DNA of 64,000 nucleotides from positions 7,116-71,115 of the forward strand of contig JAOUMR010000005.1 in NCBI GenBank assembly GCA_029881435.1, in the 5' to 3' direction. Of this stretch, positions 1-10,600 are shown one piece after another. The stretch's first letter is position 1; every line of letters starts with the position of its first letter. The DNA is from Nitrospira sp. (GTDB lineage: Bacteria; Nitrospirota; Nitrospiria; Nitrospirales; Nitrospiraceae). Position numbers and translations under genes: made by a program. The notes beneath the pieces were generated by a model. That model had not been told where the DNA came from. It was given only the letters and a program-made list of their open reading frames with translations, and made no database searches.

Positions 1-323
1 TCATACAGCAGCCGCTTGCGGACGTCCTGAAGGTCGACACCTCTGTTCTCCAATAGCTCAAAGAGGCCTTTCCTCGTATTGATTCTTTGCAGATCATCCT
101 CGGTTAGAGTGGAGCCTGGATCCCCGATTCTCTTCAATACCCTATCGATGGCAGCACCCCCCGGCGGTATATATCCATCTCCCTCCACCGGAACCCTTGT
201 AGGGATCGCCTCCAGGTCGTTCGCATCCGCTCCGTGTGTTTGCCTCGTGAGTCCATCGTTACCCGACACATCTCGATCTTTGCGGCCCTTGGACTTCCCC
301 GTCGATTCGCCATCAGCAGCCAT
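1..323 (-). CDS. hypothetical protein, partial (3' end runs off the left edge)
   Basis: Hand translation of the minus strand. ATG at 323-321 is preceded by GGGAGG at about 7 nt. The frame is open to position 1 (MAADGESTGKSKGRK...EDDLQRINTRKGLFELLENRGVDLQDVRKRLLY). It is absent from the ORF track because it has no stop in the window. The overlapping + ORF 79..393 is S/P/R-rich and looks like an antisense shadow. No family recognised. Confidence 0.4.
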   Translation of the reverse strand, partial: MAADGESTGKSKGRKDRDVSGNDGLTRQTHGADANDLEAIPTRVPVEGDGYIPPGGAAIDRVLKRIGDPGSTLTEDDLQRINTRKGLFELLENRGVDLQDVRKRLLY

Positions 324-352
324 GCAGACCTCCCTCAGCAGCAGATATGAAA

Positions 353-712
353 TCAGAACGCCACGCTTCGATCTCGTTCAGCTATGGCTTTGATGTAGTC
401 CGGCATGCCTTTAATAGAGGCGCCCGCTACCAGATCAGCTGTGCCGACTTGTCTGGCGACCGCACAAGCTCCGCAGACCCAGATTGGCACTCCTGCCGCC
501 TGCACCGCAGCGACCAGCTCTTTCAACGGAGTGAGATTCACGCCGGTCACATGATCCGCCACACCTTTACGACCCAACGTCACGGCTTCGTTCCATAGCC
601 ACAGAACCACATCGTGTCCTTGCTCTTTGGCCGTCTTGGCGGCCATGAACGGCAAGGTCGCCATCGTCGAATCGTCTGTTCCTCGGCTGCCTGAAATAAT
701 GAATGTCGCCAC
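353..712 (-). CDS. DsrE/DsrF-like sulfur-relay family protein
   Basis: The ORF 353..772 contains a DsrE-like pattern (ATFIISGSRGTDD...GHDVVLWLWNEAV...VCGACAVARQV...IKGMPDYIKAIAERDRSVAF). The likely start is GTG at 712, preceded by GGGAGGA. The N-terminal 20 codons of the long ORF look non-coding. Confidence 0.7.
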   Translation of the reverse strand: MATFIISGSRGTDDSTMATLPFMAAKTAKEQGHDVVLWLWNEAVTLGRKGVADHVTGVNLTPLKELVAAVQAAGVPIWVCGACAVARQVGTADLVAGASIKGMPDYIKAIAERDRSVAF

Positions 713-778
713 TGTTTTCCTCCCTGGTTCGTTGTTCGTATCTCGTCTCTCGCAGGCTCTCCCGCGCTTCACACCCGT

Positions 779-2191
779 TCACTTTGCTAGACTTCTGATA
801 TAGTGAATCAGCTGCCACACCTGGTCATCCGGCAACCCGGGAAACGCCATCATGCCGGTCCCCGGCGACCCATTCTTGATGATCCAGAACAGTTGCCCAT
901 CCGGCAGATCTCGCATCATGACGCCACAGGTAAAATTCCGGGGTGGAGGCACAAAGGCCGTCCCCATCAACCCCTTCCCATCTCCCAGCTCGCCGTGACA
1001 CATGACGCAGGCGACGGGCTGCACAGCCTTTAGAAACAACTCTTTTCCCGCCTTGATCGCTCCAGCAGACGAGGGAAGCGGATTCGTTGTGGTGAGAAAG
1101 TTTTCTGGAGCCGTGGCGGTCTTGCGCGGCTGCACACAGGCAGCTCCTTGCGCACCTCCTGCCGCCGCGGGTGCTAAGTCTGGTACTCCTTTGAAGGTTA
1201 CCTTCAAATAGGCGATGACATCTGCCACGCCTTGCTGGCCAATGGTCACTCCCCAGTAGGGCATGTTCGGCGATTTTCCGATCGCGACGCCGCCGTGATT
1301 GATCACAGTATAGAGATAGTCTACCGGAAGTTTGTCGAACGGCATGTTGGCGTGGATAGCCGGTTTTGGCTCTAGCCCGGAGGCGGCAGGACCATCACCT
1401 TTGCCGGTAAAGCCATGACACTGGGCACAATATTCCTTATAGAGCGTCTTGCCGCGCCCTGCGTCGGCCTTGCTGAACTCAGAACTCGTCCACGGCTCAT
1501 AATATTGAAAGTCCGACACCCCTTGGACCATCAGATAGCCGATTACGGCCCGCAGTTGCGGCTCCGTTGCATCAGCCAGGAATTCACCGCTGTGCGGTAC
1601 GAAGTCCTGCGGGTTGAGACCAAAGCGAAACAGCCAGTCCTTGTCGTATCGCTGGCCAGACTTCTGCAACGCCGCGCTCTGTGGCCCCCCGATCAGTTTG
1701 CCATTCTCTTCGATCGTGTGGCAGCCGAGGCAGGCATGGGCTTTATAGGCCATCCCGCCGAACGTCACGTCGAACTTCGTCACCTTGGAGAGATCGAATG
1801 CGCCGGCCGTCACACGCGGATCTTTGTTGTGTTCGGCAAAATAATCGGCGAGGGCATTCGCCTCGGACTCCGTCACCATCGGATGTTTCGCTGGAACGTC
1901 CGTCAAGTCCCACCGATACCCCTTGGCATAGAGCGGAGCTTCTTTTCCAGTGAGCCAACGAATGAGCCACGACCGTTGGTATTTGCTGCCGGCCCATATC
2001 AAATCAGGAGCATGTAGATTGAACCGAGAATCGGCTGTCCCTTCTAACCGGTGACATTGTGTACAGGTCTGTTCAATGAGCTCCTTAGCGCGAGATTGGT
2101 CGCTTGCAAAGGACAGGTCCTGAAACGACAGCAGGCCCACAAGCAATGTCACCGCCGCTCCAGCGACTCGTTTCTCCCTCCTCACATTCAT
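779..2191 (-). CDS. tetrahaem c-type cytochrome, secreted
   Basis: 470 aa with a hydrophobic N-terminal signal-like segment. Four CxxCH haem motifs are present (CTQCH, CLGCH, CAQCH, CVMCH). The C-terminal class I cytochrome c helix reads ...QVWQLIHYIRSL. Confidence 0.85.
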   Translation of the reverse strand: MNVRREKRVAGAAVTLLVGLLSFQDLSFASDQSRAKELIEQTCTQCHRLEGTADSRFNLHAPDLIWAGSKYQRSWLIRWLTGKEAPLYAKGYRWDLTDVPAKHPMVTESEANALADYFAEHNKDPRVTAGAFDLSKVTKFDVTFGGMAYKAHACLGCHTIEENGKLIGGPQSAALQKSGQRYDKDWLFRFGLNPQDFVPHSGEFLADATEPQLRAVIGYLMVQGVSDFQYYEPWTSSEFSKADAGRGKTLYKEYCAQCHGFTGKGDGPAASGLEPKPAIHANMPFDKLPVDYLYTVINHGGVAIGKSPNMPYWGVTIGQQGVADVIAYLKVTFKGVPDLAPAAAGGAQGAACVQPRKTATAPENFLTTTNPLPSSAGAIKAGKELFLKAVQPVACVMCHGELGDGKGLMGTAFVPPPRNFTCGVMMRDLPDGQLFWIIKNGSPGTGMMAFPGLPDDQVWQLIHYIRSLAK

Positions 2192-2257
2192 CCTCCCCCC
2201 TTACTTTTTCTAAACGAGGCCCTTGCCTGAATTCATTGTATAATTGCGTGTTAGCAC

Positions 2258-2677
2258 TCACGAATCATTGTCCTTGCGAGGTGGCTGCGGATTCAACGTG
2301 ATGGCGATATTCGGCGTTACAGCAATAGCTTGGTGAACAGTGCAGCCATGCGCCACCTTCAAGAGTCGCTCTCTTTGTTCTGCCGTGATTCGACGAGGTA
2401 AATGGATTCCGATGTCGATGCGACCAACGCGATGGGGGCGCTCGGCCATGGTCCATTCCGCATCGACGCTCAAGCCCTCCCGAGAAATACCGTGCCGCCC
2501 GCAAAATTGTCCGACGAAGTACGCGACACAACTTGCGACGGACCCGACAAAGAGTTCCACCGGGCTCATGCCGGCATCTTGCCCTCCGTCCTCTGCCGGC
2601 TGGTCGGTGATGACTCGATGCTGACCACTCACAATGTCGTAGCGTGTCCCGCCGTGAAAAGTGGCCGTGAGTTTCAT
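2258..2677 (-). CDS. OsmC-family protein
   Basis: 139 aa with an OsmC/Ohr-like pattern by eye (...GMSPVELFVGSVASCVAYF...LLKVAHGCTVHQAI...). Confidence 0.8.
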   Translation of the reverse strand: MKLTATFHGGTRYDIVSGQHRVITDQPAEDGGQDAGMSPVELFVGSVASCVAYFVGQFCGRHGISREGLSVDAEWTMAERPHRVGRIDIGIHLPRRITAEQRERLLKVAHGCTVHQAIAVTPNIAITLNPQPPRKDNDS

Positions 2678-2695
2678 CTCGCGCCTGTGGGCTGC

Positions 2696-3550
2696 TCAGT
2701 ACGGCACATCTGCAGGCTTGCCCCCCTTCGGCCAATCGTGGATCTTGTCCGGAAAATCGGGCCGTGGCTGTGTATTCATATAGGCCGCGACATCAAATGC
2801 CTCATCGTCCGAAACGGTCCACCCCCAACCTCTTGGCATATTGGCTTTGATAAACGACGCCGCCACGCTGACCCTGGCCATGCCCGCTCCGATATTGTAT
2901 GACCGTGGCCCCCACAGCGGTGGTCCCGCCATCGTCCCCTGTCCATCGGACCCATGGCAGAACAGACATTTCTGTTCAAACACCTTCCTGCCGTTGAGAG
3001 GATCAGGCTGACGTGTCGACGTGAGGCGTGGGATTCCTCGCCACGGCACGGCACTACCAGCCGGCATACTCTGTGACAACCATTCAATGTAGGCGACGAT
3101 GGCCGTCAGCTTGACACTATCCGACGGGAGAGACTTGCCATTCATGCTGCGTTCGAAACACTCGTTAATCCGATCCGCGAGGGTCATCTGTCGGCCGGCA
3201 CGCTCACGATATTGCGGGTAGACGACACTGATGCCGACAAACGGAGCCGCATTCGGGTTGACGCCGGCATCCAAATGACAATTAGTGCAGTTGAGCGCAT
3301 TACCGACGTACCGTTTCCCGTATTCTTGCGTATCGACCACCATCTTGTAACCCAGCCGGATTTGCTCTCCCCTGAGGTCGCCGGGAATAGTTTCAGGAGA
3401 AGGGGGGGCAAACAACGTGTTGACCGTTGACTCAGTATTGGAACGACCGACCGAATCCTCGCTCCCTGTCACCCGTGGAGGCGGGACACAACCGATCGTG
3501 ATCAACGCGACACCTGCCAGCACGAAGTTTGCCACCGACCGTGCACCCAT
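2696..3550 (-). CDS. dihaem cytochrome c, TsdA/SoxA-like (putative thiosulfate dehydrogenase family)
   Basis: Two CxxCH motifs (CTNCH, CLFCH). A conserved-looking RINECFERSMNG block lies about 40 residues after haem 1, the position where TsdA/SoxA proteins carry the Cys axial ligand. The likely start is ATG at 3550 (MGARSVANFVLAGVALITIGC, a signal or lipoprotein-like sequence) rather than 3622. Confidence 0.7.
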   Translation of the reverse strand: MGARSVANFVLAGVALITIGCVPPPRVTGSEDSVGRSNTESTVNTLFAPPSPETIPGDLRGEQIRLGYKMVVDTQEYGKRYVGNALNCTNCHLDAGVNPNAAPFVGISVVYPQYRERAGRQMTLADRINECFERSMNGKSLPSDSVKLTAIVAYIEWLSQSMPAGSAVPWRGIPRLTSTRQPDPLNGRKVFEQKCLFCHGSDGQGTMAGPPLWGPRSYNIGAGMARVSVAASFIKANMPRGWGWTVSDDEAFDVAAYMNTQPRPDFPDKIHDWPKGGKPADVPY

Positions 3551-3558
3551 TTCAGACC

Positions 3559-3777
3559 TCACTTCTTCAGGTTCGATGGAGGAGAACAGGTATTGATGCC
3601 GAACAATGTAAACAACGGGCAAAACCCCACCGCCCCGGTGAGTAGTAATATGGCTCCCACTGCCAAGAGCGCCCCGGCAATGGCCGATGACAACCCAGCA
3701 AAGAGACCGATGCTGATCGCCAAAATTCCTGCACCGATGCGTATCGGTCGCTCCGCTCCTCCGACATTACACGTCAT
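3559..3777 (-). CDS. DUF2892 (YgaP C-terminal-like) small membrane protein
   Basis: MTCNVGGAERPIRIGAGILAI...LLTGAVGFCPLFTLFGINTC matches the DUF2892 pattern (2 TM helices, GxCP motif). GGGAGG lies 7 nt upstream of the ATG at 3777. Confidence 0.7.
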   Translation of the reverse strand: MTCNVGGAERPIRIGAGILAISIGLFAGLSSAIAGALLAVGAILLLTGAVGFCPLFTLFGINTCSPPSNLKK

Positions 3778-3865
3778 GATAATCCCTCCCTTGTTCACGA
3801 AGAAAATGGTTCCCGTCTATCCGACACGCTGGTATGAGACACGTCCCGCCAATTGGATTCATCTG

Positions 3866-4255
3866 CTACGGCTGCTGGCTGGACTCAAAACCCAACGTGC
3901 GGACATAGGCTAAGACATCCCAGATTTCTTCATCGGAGAGCGAATGTTTCCACGCACCCATGGCGGTATTTGGTTTGCCTTCATGAATGCGCCGGAACAA
4001 TGTGCCGTCGAGTCGATTGTGAACATCGGGCGAGGTGAGGTCTGCCGGAGGTGGAACGAGTTTGATTCCGAGCGCACCTTTGCCGTCGATGCCATGACAA
4101 CGGATGCAGGTGTTTACGTAGATTTCCCGCCCACTGACTGGATCTCCTCCCTTTGCTGAGCTGGTGAGTTCTTTCACTCCAAGATTGCTGAAACCCAGCG
4201 CTGACATACCAGTCAACAGTGCGCAAAAAGCCAGCATCCGTCCAGTGATAGGCAT
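3866..4255 (-). CDS. monohaem class I cytochrome c, secreted
   Basis: A single CIRCH motif and a C-terminal ...HEGKPNTAMGAWKHSLSDEEIWDVLAYVRTL. The likely start is ATG 4255 (MPITGRMLAFCALLTG, signal peptide) with GAGGTG upstream. Confidence 0.8.
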   Translation of the reverse strand: MPITGRMLAFCALLTGMSALGFSNLGVKELTSSAKGGDPVSGREIYVNTCIRCHGIDGKGALGIKLVPPPADLTSPDVHNRLDGTLFRRIHEGKPNTAMGAWKHSLSDEEIWDVLAYVRTLGFESSQQP

Positions 4256-4681
4256 CTTTTTCACCTCTCTACACTGATATACACTGAACCTTGCGATCAG
4301 CATGCCATTCCCCCAGTAACAGATCAGCACTATTCCCATTGCTGAACAAAGACTTATGACGTTGCTTTAGAATGGATCGGAGAAGCGGATCTTGGACTGG
4401 TGAAGAACGCCACAGAACCCTATCACCCTCTGGCGCAGGACGCTACACAGCTCCACATCCGAGTGCTAGAGCCTCGGCAAGCGTAACTACTAAAACGCCG
4501 AGTGAACTCGTTACCCCCTGCCACGTAGTGCGCCCATCGAGGAAGTCGACTCGACTCCGCTCGGAAAGTGACAATTTCTTTCAACTTTTTCCGAAACCCA
4601 CTACCCTATTCTTTCGGTAAACAGATCGCTCGTAGGAGCTATTTCTCCTTGGCATAGTTTCGGATTTGGCGCCTTATTGAG

Positions 4682-7600
4682 ATGTCGCAACCACCCTCCC
4701 CGGTTATACACAATCTTGCATCACTCTTTCAGTGGCGTTGCCGGAGAAATCCAAATGACCTGGCCTACGCATTCGTCCGTGACAACCTTGTAGTTGAAAG
4801 CCAAGTAACATTTGGCCAGCTTGAACGCAGGGTCTATTCGCTTGCCATCCATCTTGCCCGCGAGGCCCCGTCAGGAACAAGAGCCCTTCTTCTCTACCCA
4901 CAGGGGCTGGATGTCGTCTATGCATTTTGGGCATGCGCCTGTGCCGGTCTCGTTCCGGTTCCTACTCCGACTCCTGATCTCGTCAGGCAGAAACACAGCC
5001 TGCCGAGACTCCGTTCCATCATTGACGATGCCCAGGCATTGCTTGCGCTCACGACCTCAGACATCAAGGCCCAGGCATCAGAGCTGTCGATCGCAAAGGA
5101 GATTAGTCAGATCAAGTGGGTGGCGACAGATCATCCCTACGAGCAGGCCCACTCGGATGAGCTACCACGGTCTACGAACACCGCCCTTGCCTATCTGCAG
5201 TATACGTCCGGGTCGACGGCCACTCCTCGTGGTGTCATGATCAGCCATGGAAACGTAATCTCCCACTGTAGGGCTTTGAGTCTGGTGGGAGAAGTGTCGG
5301 ACAGCAGCCGATCGCTTTGCTGGTTGCCCTATTTCCATGACTATGGGTTACTGCACGGAATCATCGCCCCGTTCTATACCGGTAATCCCGCCTATCTGAT
5401 GTCGCCCGTCACGTTCCTCCGGCGGCCATTACGTTGGCTCGAAGCGGTGGCTCGGTTTGGGATCACCCACAGCGGGGGACCGAATTTTTCCTATGAAGCT
5501 TGCCTCAGAGCTGTGCGGCAACAGGAGGGATGGCAGGCCGACTTGAGCAAGTGGGTGGTCGCCAGTTGCGGAGCCGAACCCATTCATCCCGATACAGTTG
5601 AGCGGTTTATCGACACTTTTGGCCCATATGGCTTCCGGCGAACGACCTTTGCCCCGGGATATGGACTTGCAGAGGCCACGCTATCGGTGACGGTGAAGCG
5701 GGCCGGAACGGAGCCGAGCTTCCTGCATGTTGATGCCGACGCGTTGGCCGACTCGATCGTCAAGGAGTCGCCCCGGTCAGAACGAGGAACGCGAACACTC
5801 GTTGGATGCGGGGTACCCCTCGAAGAGACTCATGTCCGAATTGTGAACCCGACTACTCGACGCGAGTGCCCACCATGCGTAGTCGGAGAGGTGTGGCTGG
5901 CCGGTTCCGGAATCGCCGCCGGATATTGGGAGAAACCAGAAGAAAGCGAAGCCGTCTTTAAGGCCACCCTCGCTGGATCAAACGAGGGTCCCTACTTGCG
6001 GACCGGCGACCTGGGATTCATCCATCGAGGAGAGCTGTTCCTCACCGGACGCCTCAAGGACCTGATCATCGTGCGCGGACGGAACTATTACCCCCATGAT
6101 CTGGAGTGGACGGCCCAGCAAGCGCATTTCGGCTTGCGACGAGGATCTGGAGCGGCCTTCTCGATTGAGGGCAAGACGGGAGAACTGGTGGTGCTGGTTC
6201 ATGAGATCGACAGGCAGGTGTCCGAATCCGACCTGCCGGACGTGATGAACTGCATCCGTCGTGCGTTGGCCGACGAATATGGACTCGAACTCCACAGTAT
6301 GGTGCTGATCAAGTCCGGGACGATCCCAAGAACCTCCAGTGGGAAAATTCAGCGAAGTGCCTGCCGAGCCGCCCTTGAGTCCAGCCAACTCGCCGTCGTC
6401 GCAGCAAGCACATTGGATCTGGCTGACGCTGAACCCGATGAGTTACGAAGTGAGCCCCCGCAAACTACCATCGAGAAGAAGCTGGCCGATATCTGGCAAG
6501 AGGTGCTTGCAGGACCTGCTCCGCATCGCCATGCGAACTTCTTTGCACTCGGAGGGAACTCCCTTCTCGCAGCACAGGTTGTTGCGCGTATCCTCGATGC
6601 CTTCCATGTCGAGTTCCCGCTCAGTGTGCTGTTCGAATTTCCGACATTGTCCACACTGGCCGCCCGCATCGGTGAACCGAACACGAGTCCGGCTGACGCG
6701 GACCAGCCCGAGGACAGGAGTGGGTACGCAAGTGGCGACGGCAGGACGCGGATTCCGGTTGTTCCGCTTCCCTCGGCATTCACAAGGGAAGGCAGGATTC
6801 CGCTCAGCCCCTCGCAGCAGCGACTGCGGTTCTTGGAGCAGGTTCATCCTGGGAGTGCGATCAACCATATTTCCATGGCTGTGCGTATCCGAGGGTCGGT
6901 CAACCCCGATGTGTTGGAGCGCTCGGTTCAGGAAATCATCCGTCGACACGAGATTCTCCGAACCCGTTTTGGATCGGAGAAGGGTGAAGGCTTCGCAGCA
7001 ATATCCCCTGAAGGTTGCTTCACGCTGGCCGAGCATGATTTCAAAACGCTGAGTCGGACCGAACAAGAAATCGAGGTGCGACAGTTCCTTCGAACGGAAG
7101 CCAGTCGGCCATTTGATCTCGGCCAAGGGCCATTGTTTAGAGTTGCGCTACTGGCACTCGATCAAGATCTGCATGTCTTGGGGCTGACGTTCCATCGCCT
7201 CGTCGCGGATGGTTGGTCCCTTCGCCTCTTCTGTAAAGAATTGGCCCTCCTGATGGAGGCCGGTGGGAATGCTCAAGAGGCTCGTCTTTCCACACCGTAC
7301 ATTCAGTATACGAACTACGTGAACTGGCATCGGACCAGGCTTGATCGAGGCCTTCGTGAGGTCGACCGCGAGTACTGGATCAAGCAGTTGCGCGATGTGC
7401 CGCCGCCTGCTGAATTACCTGCCGACCGTCCACGGCCAAGGGTGCGTGCCTTCGAGGGGGCCGCCCATTCTCGGTCTCTTTCTCCTAGTCTAACTAACTT
7501 GCTGAGCCTCTTTTGTCGGCAGCAGAGCGTGACTCGATTCATGGTGTTGTATGCCGTGTTTGTCACATGGCTGCAACGCTACACGCACGAGTCGGATGTC

Positions 7601-10600
7601 GTGACTGGATCGATCGTGTCCGCCCGGCGTCGGAAAGAGCTCGAAGACGTGATGGGGTATTGCGTCAATACGGTGGCGTTGAGGTCCGAACTTTCGGATG
7701 GGCTGACCGTACACGAGCTGTTGGAGCAGATCCGCCGTGTGGTGGTGGAGGCCTATGACCATCAGGACCTCCCATTTGAAGAAGTGATCGAGGCGTTGTC
7801 GCTACAACGAGGGCATCAGCTGTTTCCACTGTTTAATGTGATGATCGTGGGCGAAGACGACCCCCTGTCCACGTTCAGCGTCAGTGATCTTGAAGTTACC
7901 CATCTCCCCTGGGAACCAACCGCGTCCGAGTTCGACCTCGTGTTGATGGTGGTCAACAAGGTGCAGGGGTTGGAATTGGCGGTTCTTTACGATCGCATGC
8001 TTTTTGACGAGTCGACGATCATTCTCATGTTGGGACAGATCGAAATGCTTCTTGAGCAATTCATCGAGAAACCCGATTCCCCTCTTGACACACTCTCGCT
8101 CCTGACGGCTCAGGAACGCGAGCATCTTCTGACGAAATGGAATCGGCCAAGCCTCCCGGTTCCACATCCTTGTGGTATCCATCAACTCATTGAGGCACAA
8201 GTTAAGCGCACTCCCCATGCACCCGCTGTCACCTGTGGGGACAAATCCATCAGCTATCAAGAGTTGAACGAACGAGCGAATCGGGTCGCACGCGCCCTCA
8301 AGAAGTTAGGGGTTGATGCAGACCACCCAGTAGGTCTTTGTATCGAGCGCTCTGTAGACGCTCTCGTAGGCCTGTTGGGCATTCTCAAAGCTGGGGGAGG
8401 TTATGTCCCTCTGGATCCATCCTTTCCCGCCCATCGCCTCCAACTCATACTCGACGACGCGAATGTCTCCATCGTGGTGACACAGGAGCGGCTGCATAGC
8501 CATCTACAGGGCTACGCAGGCCAGATATGCGACGTGGAGACACTCTGTCATCCACCAACAAGTGGAAATGAGGAAAACCTCGCAATTTCCACTTCTCCTG
8601 ATCAGCTAGCCTATATCATCTACACATCAGGCTCAATCGGACGTCCCAAAGGCGTGGCAGTGACACACCGAAATGTGGTGACCTCGCTTCAGGCCAGACT
8701 TCACTATTATTCGGAATCCGTGGACCAGTTCTTGCTGACCTTCTCTCTGGCCTTCGATGGGTCCGTCACGGGTATTTTTTGGACATTATCGCAGGGAGGA
8801 GAATTAGTCATCCCATCGGAGATCGCTCATCGCGATCCCACCGAACTTGCTTCGCTCATCGCACTGCACCACATCTCGCACGTCGTGTGGGTGCCTTCTT
8901 TGTACCATGCCGTGCTTGGCGAGGCGTTGGGCACTCAGCTGGATTCACTTCGCATCGTCATTACGGCCGGAGAGAGCCTGCCTCTTGAACTCGTGCGACG
9001 GCACTACCAGCTCTTGCCTCATACCACGCTGTACAACGAATATGGACCGGCGGAAACCACGGGCTGGTGCAGCGTGTATCAAACAACTCGCGAGGAAGCC
9101 GGGGCCCGAGTCCCGATCGGCAAACCCATCAACCATATGCAGCTCTATGTGCTGGATGCGAAGCTTCAGCCGATGCCCATAGGCGTTCCCGGTGAGCTGT
9201 ATGTCTCAGGGGACTGCTTGGCCCGTGGCTATGTCAACCAACCGCAGTTGACCCAAAAGCGGTTTCTTGCGAACCCCCACGTGGTCGGTACCAGACTGTA
9301 TCGAACCGGTGACCTGGCTCGGTATCGTGCCGACGGCAATGTGGAGTTTCTTGGGTGGATGGACCAGCAGATCAAACTGCGTGGCTATCGGATCGAACCG
9401 GGAGAAATCGAATCTGTGTTGAGTAACTTCCCGGGTGTGCATCACACGGCGGTGCTGCTTCGGCAGGATAAGGGAGACCAGCACCGGTTGGTCGGCTATA
9501 TCGTCGGCGAGTCGTCGCTCAAAGGAAGGCTTGAACAGGTCCGCCGTTATCTCGCAACTCGATTACCGCATTATATGGTGCCCTCCGTCATTTTGTGCCT
9601 CGATAGCATGCCGCTTAATGCCACCGGAAAGGTGAATTGCAGCGCCCTTCCCGCTCCGGACGACACCACCACTCGGGCGGTGTCCAGGGTTGCTCCCAGA
9701 AATCAGGTTGAAGAATCCCTGGCTGAGTTGTGGAAATCCGTGCTTCAAGTCCCGGAGGTGGGCATCCACGACAACTTCTTTGAGCAGGGAGGCCACTCGC
9801 TCTTGGCGACTCAGCTCGTCTCTCGAATACGTGAGCTATTTGAGGTTGATATCTCACTTCCGGCGCTGTTTGCGCGACCGACGATTGCGGCATTGGCAGA
9901 AGAAGTGACGCGATTGCGCCAGGAGGAGAAGGCATCCATGATGCCGTCGATCGTTCCGGTCCCCAGAGATCAGCCACTCCCCCTTTCCTATTCTCAGCAA
10001 CGCATGTGGTTGATGCATCAGCTGGCTCCTCAGAGCACGGCGTATAACATGCCGTTTGCGTCGAGACAGATGGGACGACTCAACAAAGTGGCTCTCCGGA
10101 ATACGATCGATGCCATCTGTCGCCGCCATGAGGCATTTCGGACGACGTTCATGATGAGTGGTGACGGACCGGTCCAAATGATCCACCCATTTCGCCCTCC
10201 TCATTGGGTCGAAACGGATCTTCAGCAATTGCCACGCGAACAGCGACGGCAGCAGGCGGCTCGGCTTGTAGAGCAGGAAGCGAACCAGCCGTTTGATCTC
10301 GAGCAAGGTCCTCTCGCACGATTCCTCTTGATCGAGATCGAGCCCGAAGATCACGTGTTGGTGCTCACGATGCACCATATAATTGGTGACCAGTGGTCGT
10401 TCGGGATCATTGGCCGCGAGTTCGCGTTCTTCTACAACGCGTTTAGCCGCGGAGAGATTCCTTCGCCAAAGCCGATCCCCATTCAGTATGCCGACTACGC
10501 GGTGTGGCAGCGGCGCTGTCTGACCGATGACTGGCTCAGCATACAATCGGATTATTGGCAGAAGAAGCTGGCCGGACTTTCCAAGCTTTCGTTGCCGACC

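Noticed and set aside
79-393. 104-aa + strand ORF at the left edge
   Set aside because: S/P/R-rich low-complexity translation with no RBS. It lies antisense to a better-supported minus-strand partial ORF (1..323) that has a strong Shine-Dalgarno.
1415-2017. 200-aa + ORF opposite the tetrahaem cytochrome gene
   Set aside because: Antisense shadow of a gene with four CxxCH motifs and a signal peptide.
4372-4620. 82-aa + ORF in the NRPS upstream region
   Set aside because: No RBS. The translation is Ser/Arg/Thr-rich and not protein-like. I treat the region as the promoter/leader of the NRPS.
4650-4666. TGGCAT...CGGA sequence upstream of the NRPS start, considered as a sigma-54 promoter
   Set aside because: The -12 TTGC element is missing at the required spacing. 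Only the -24-like half is present.
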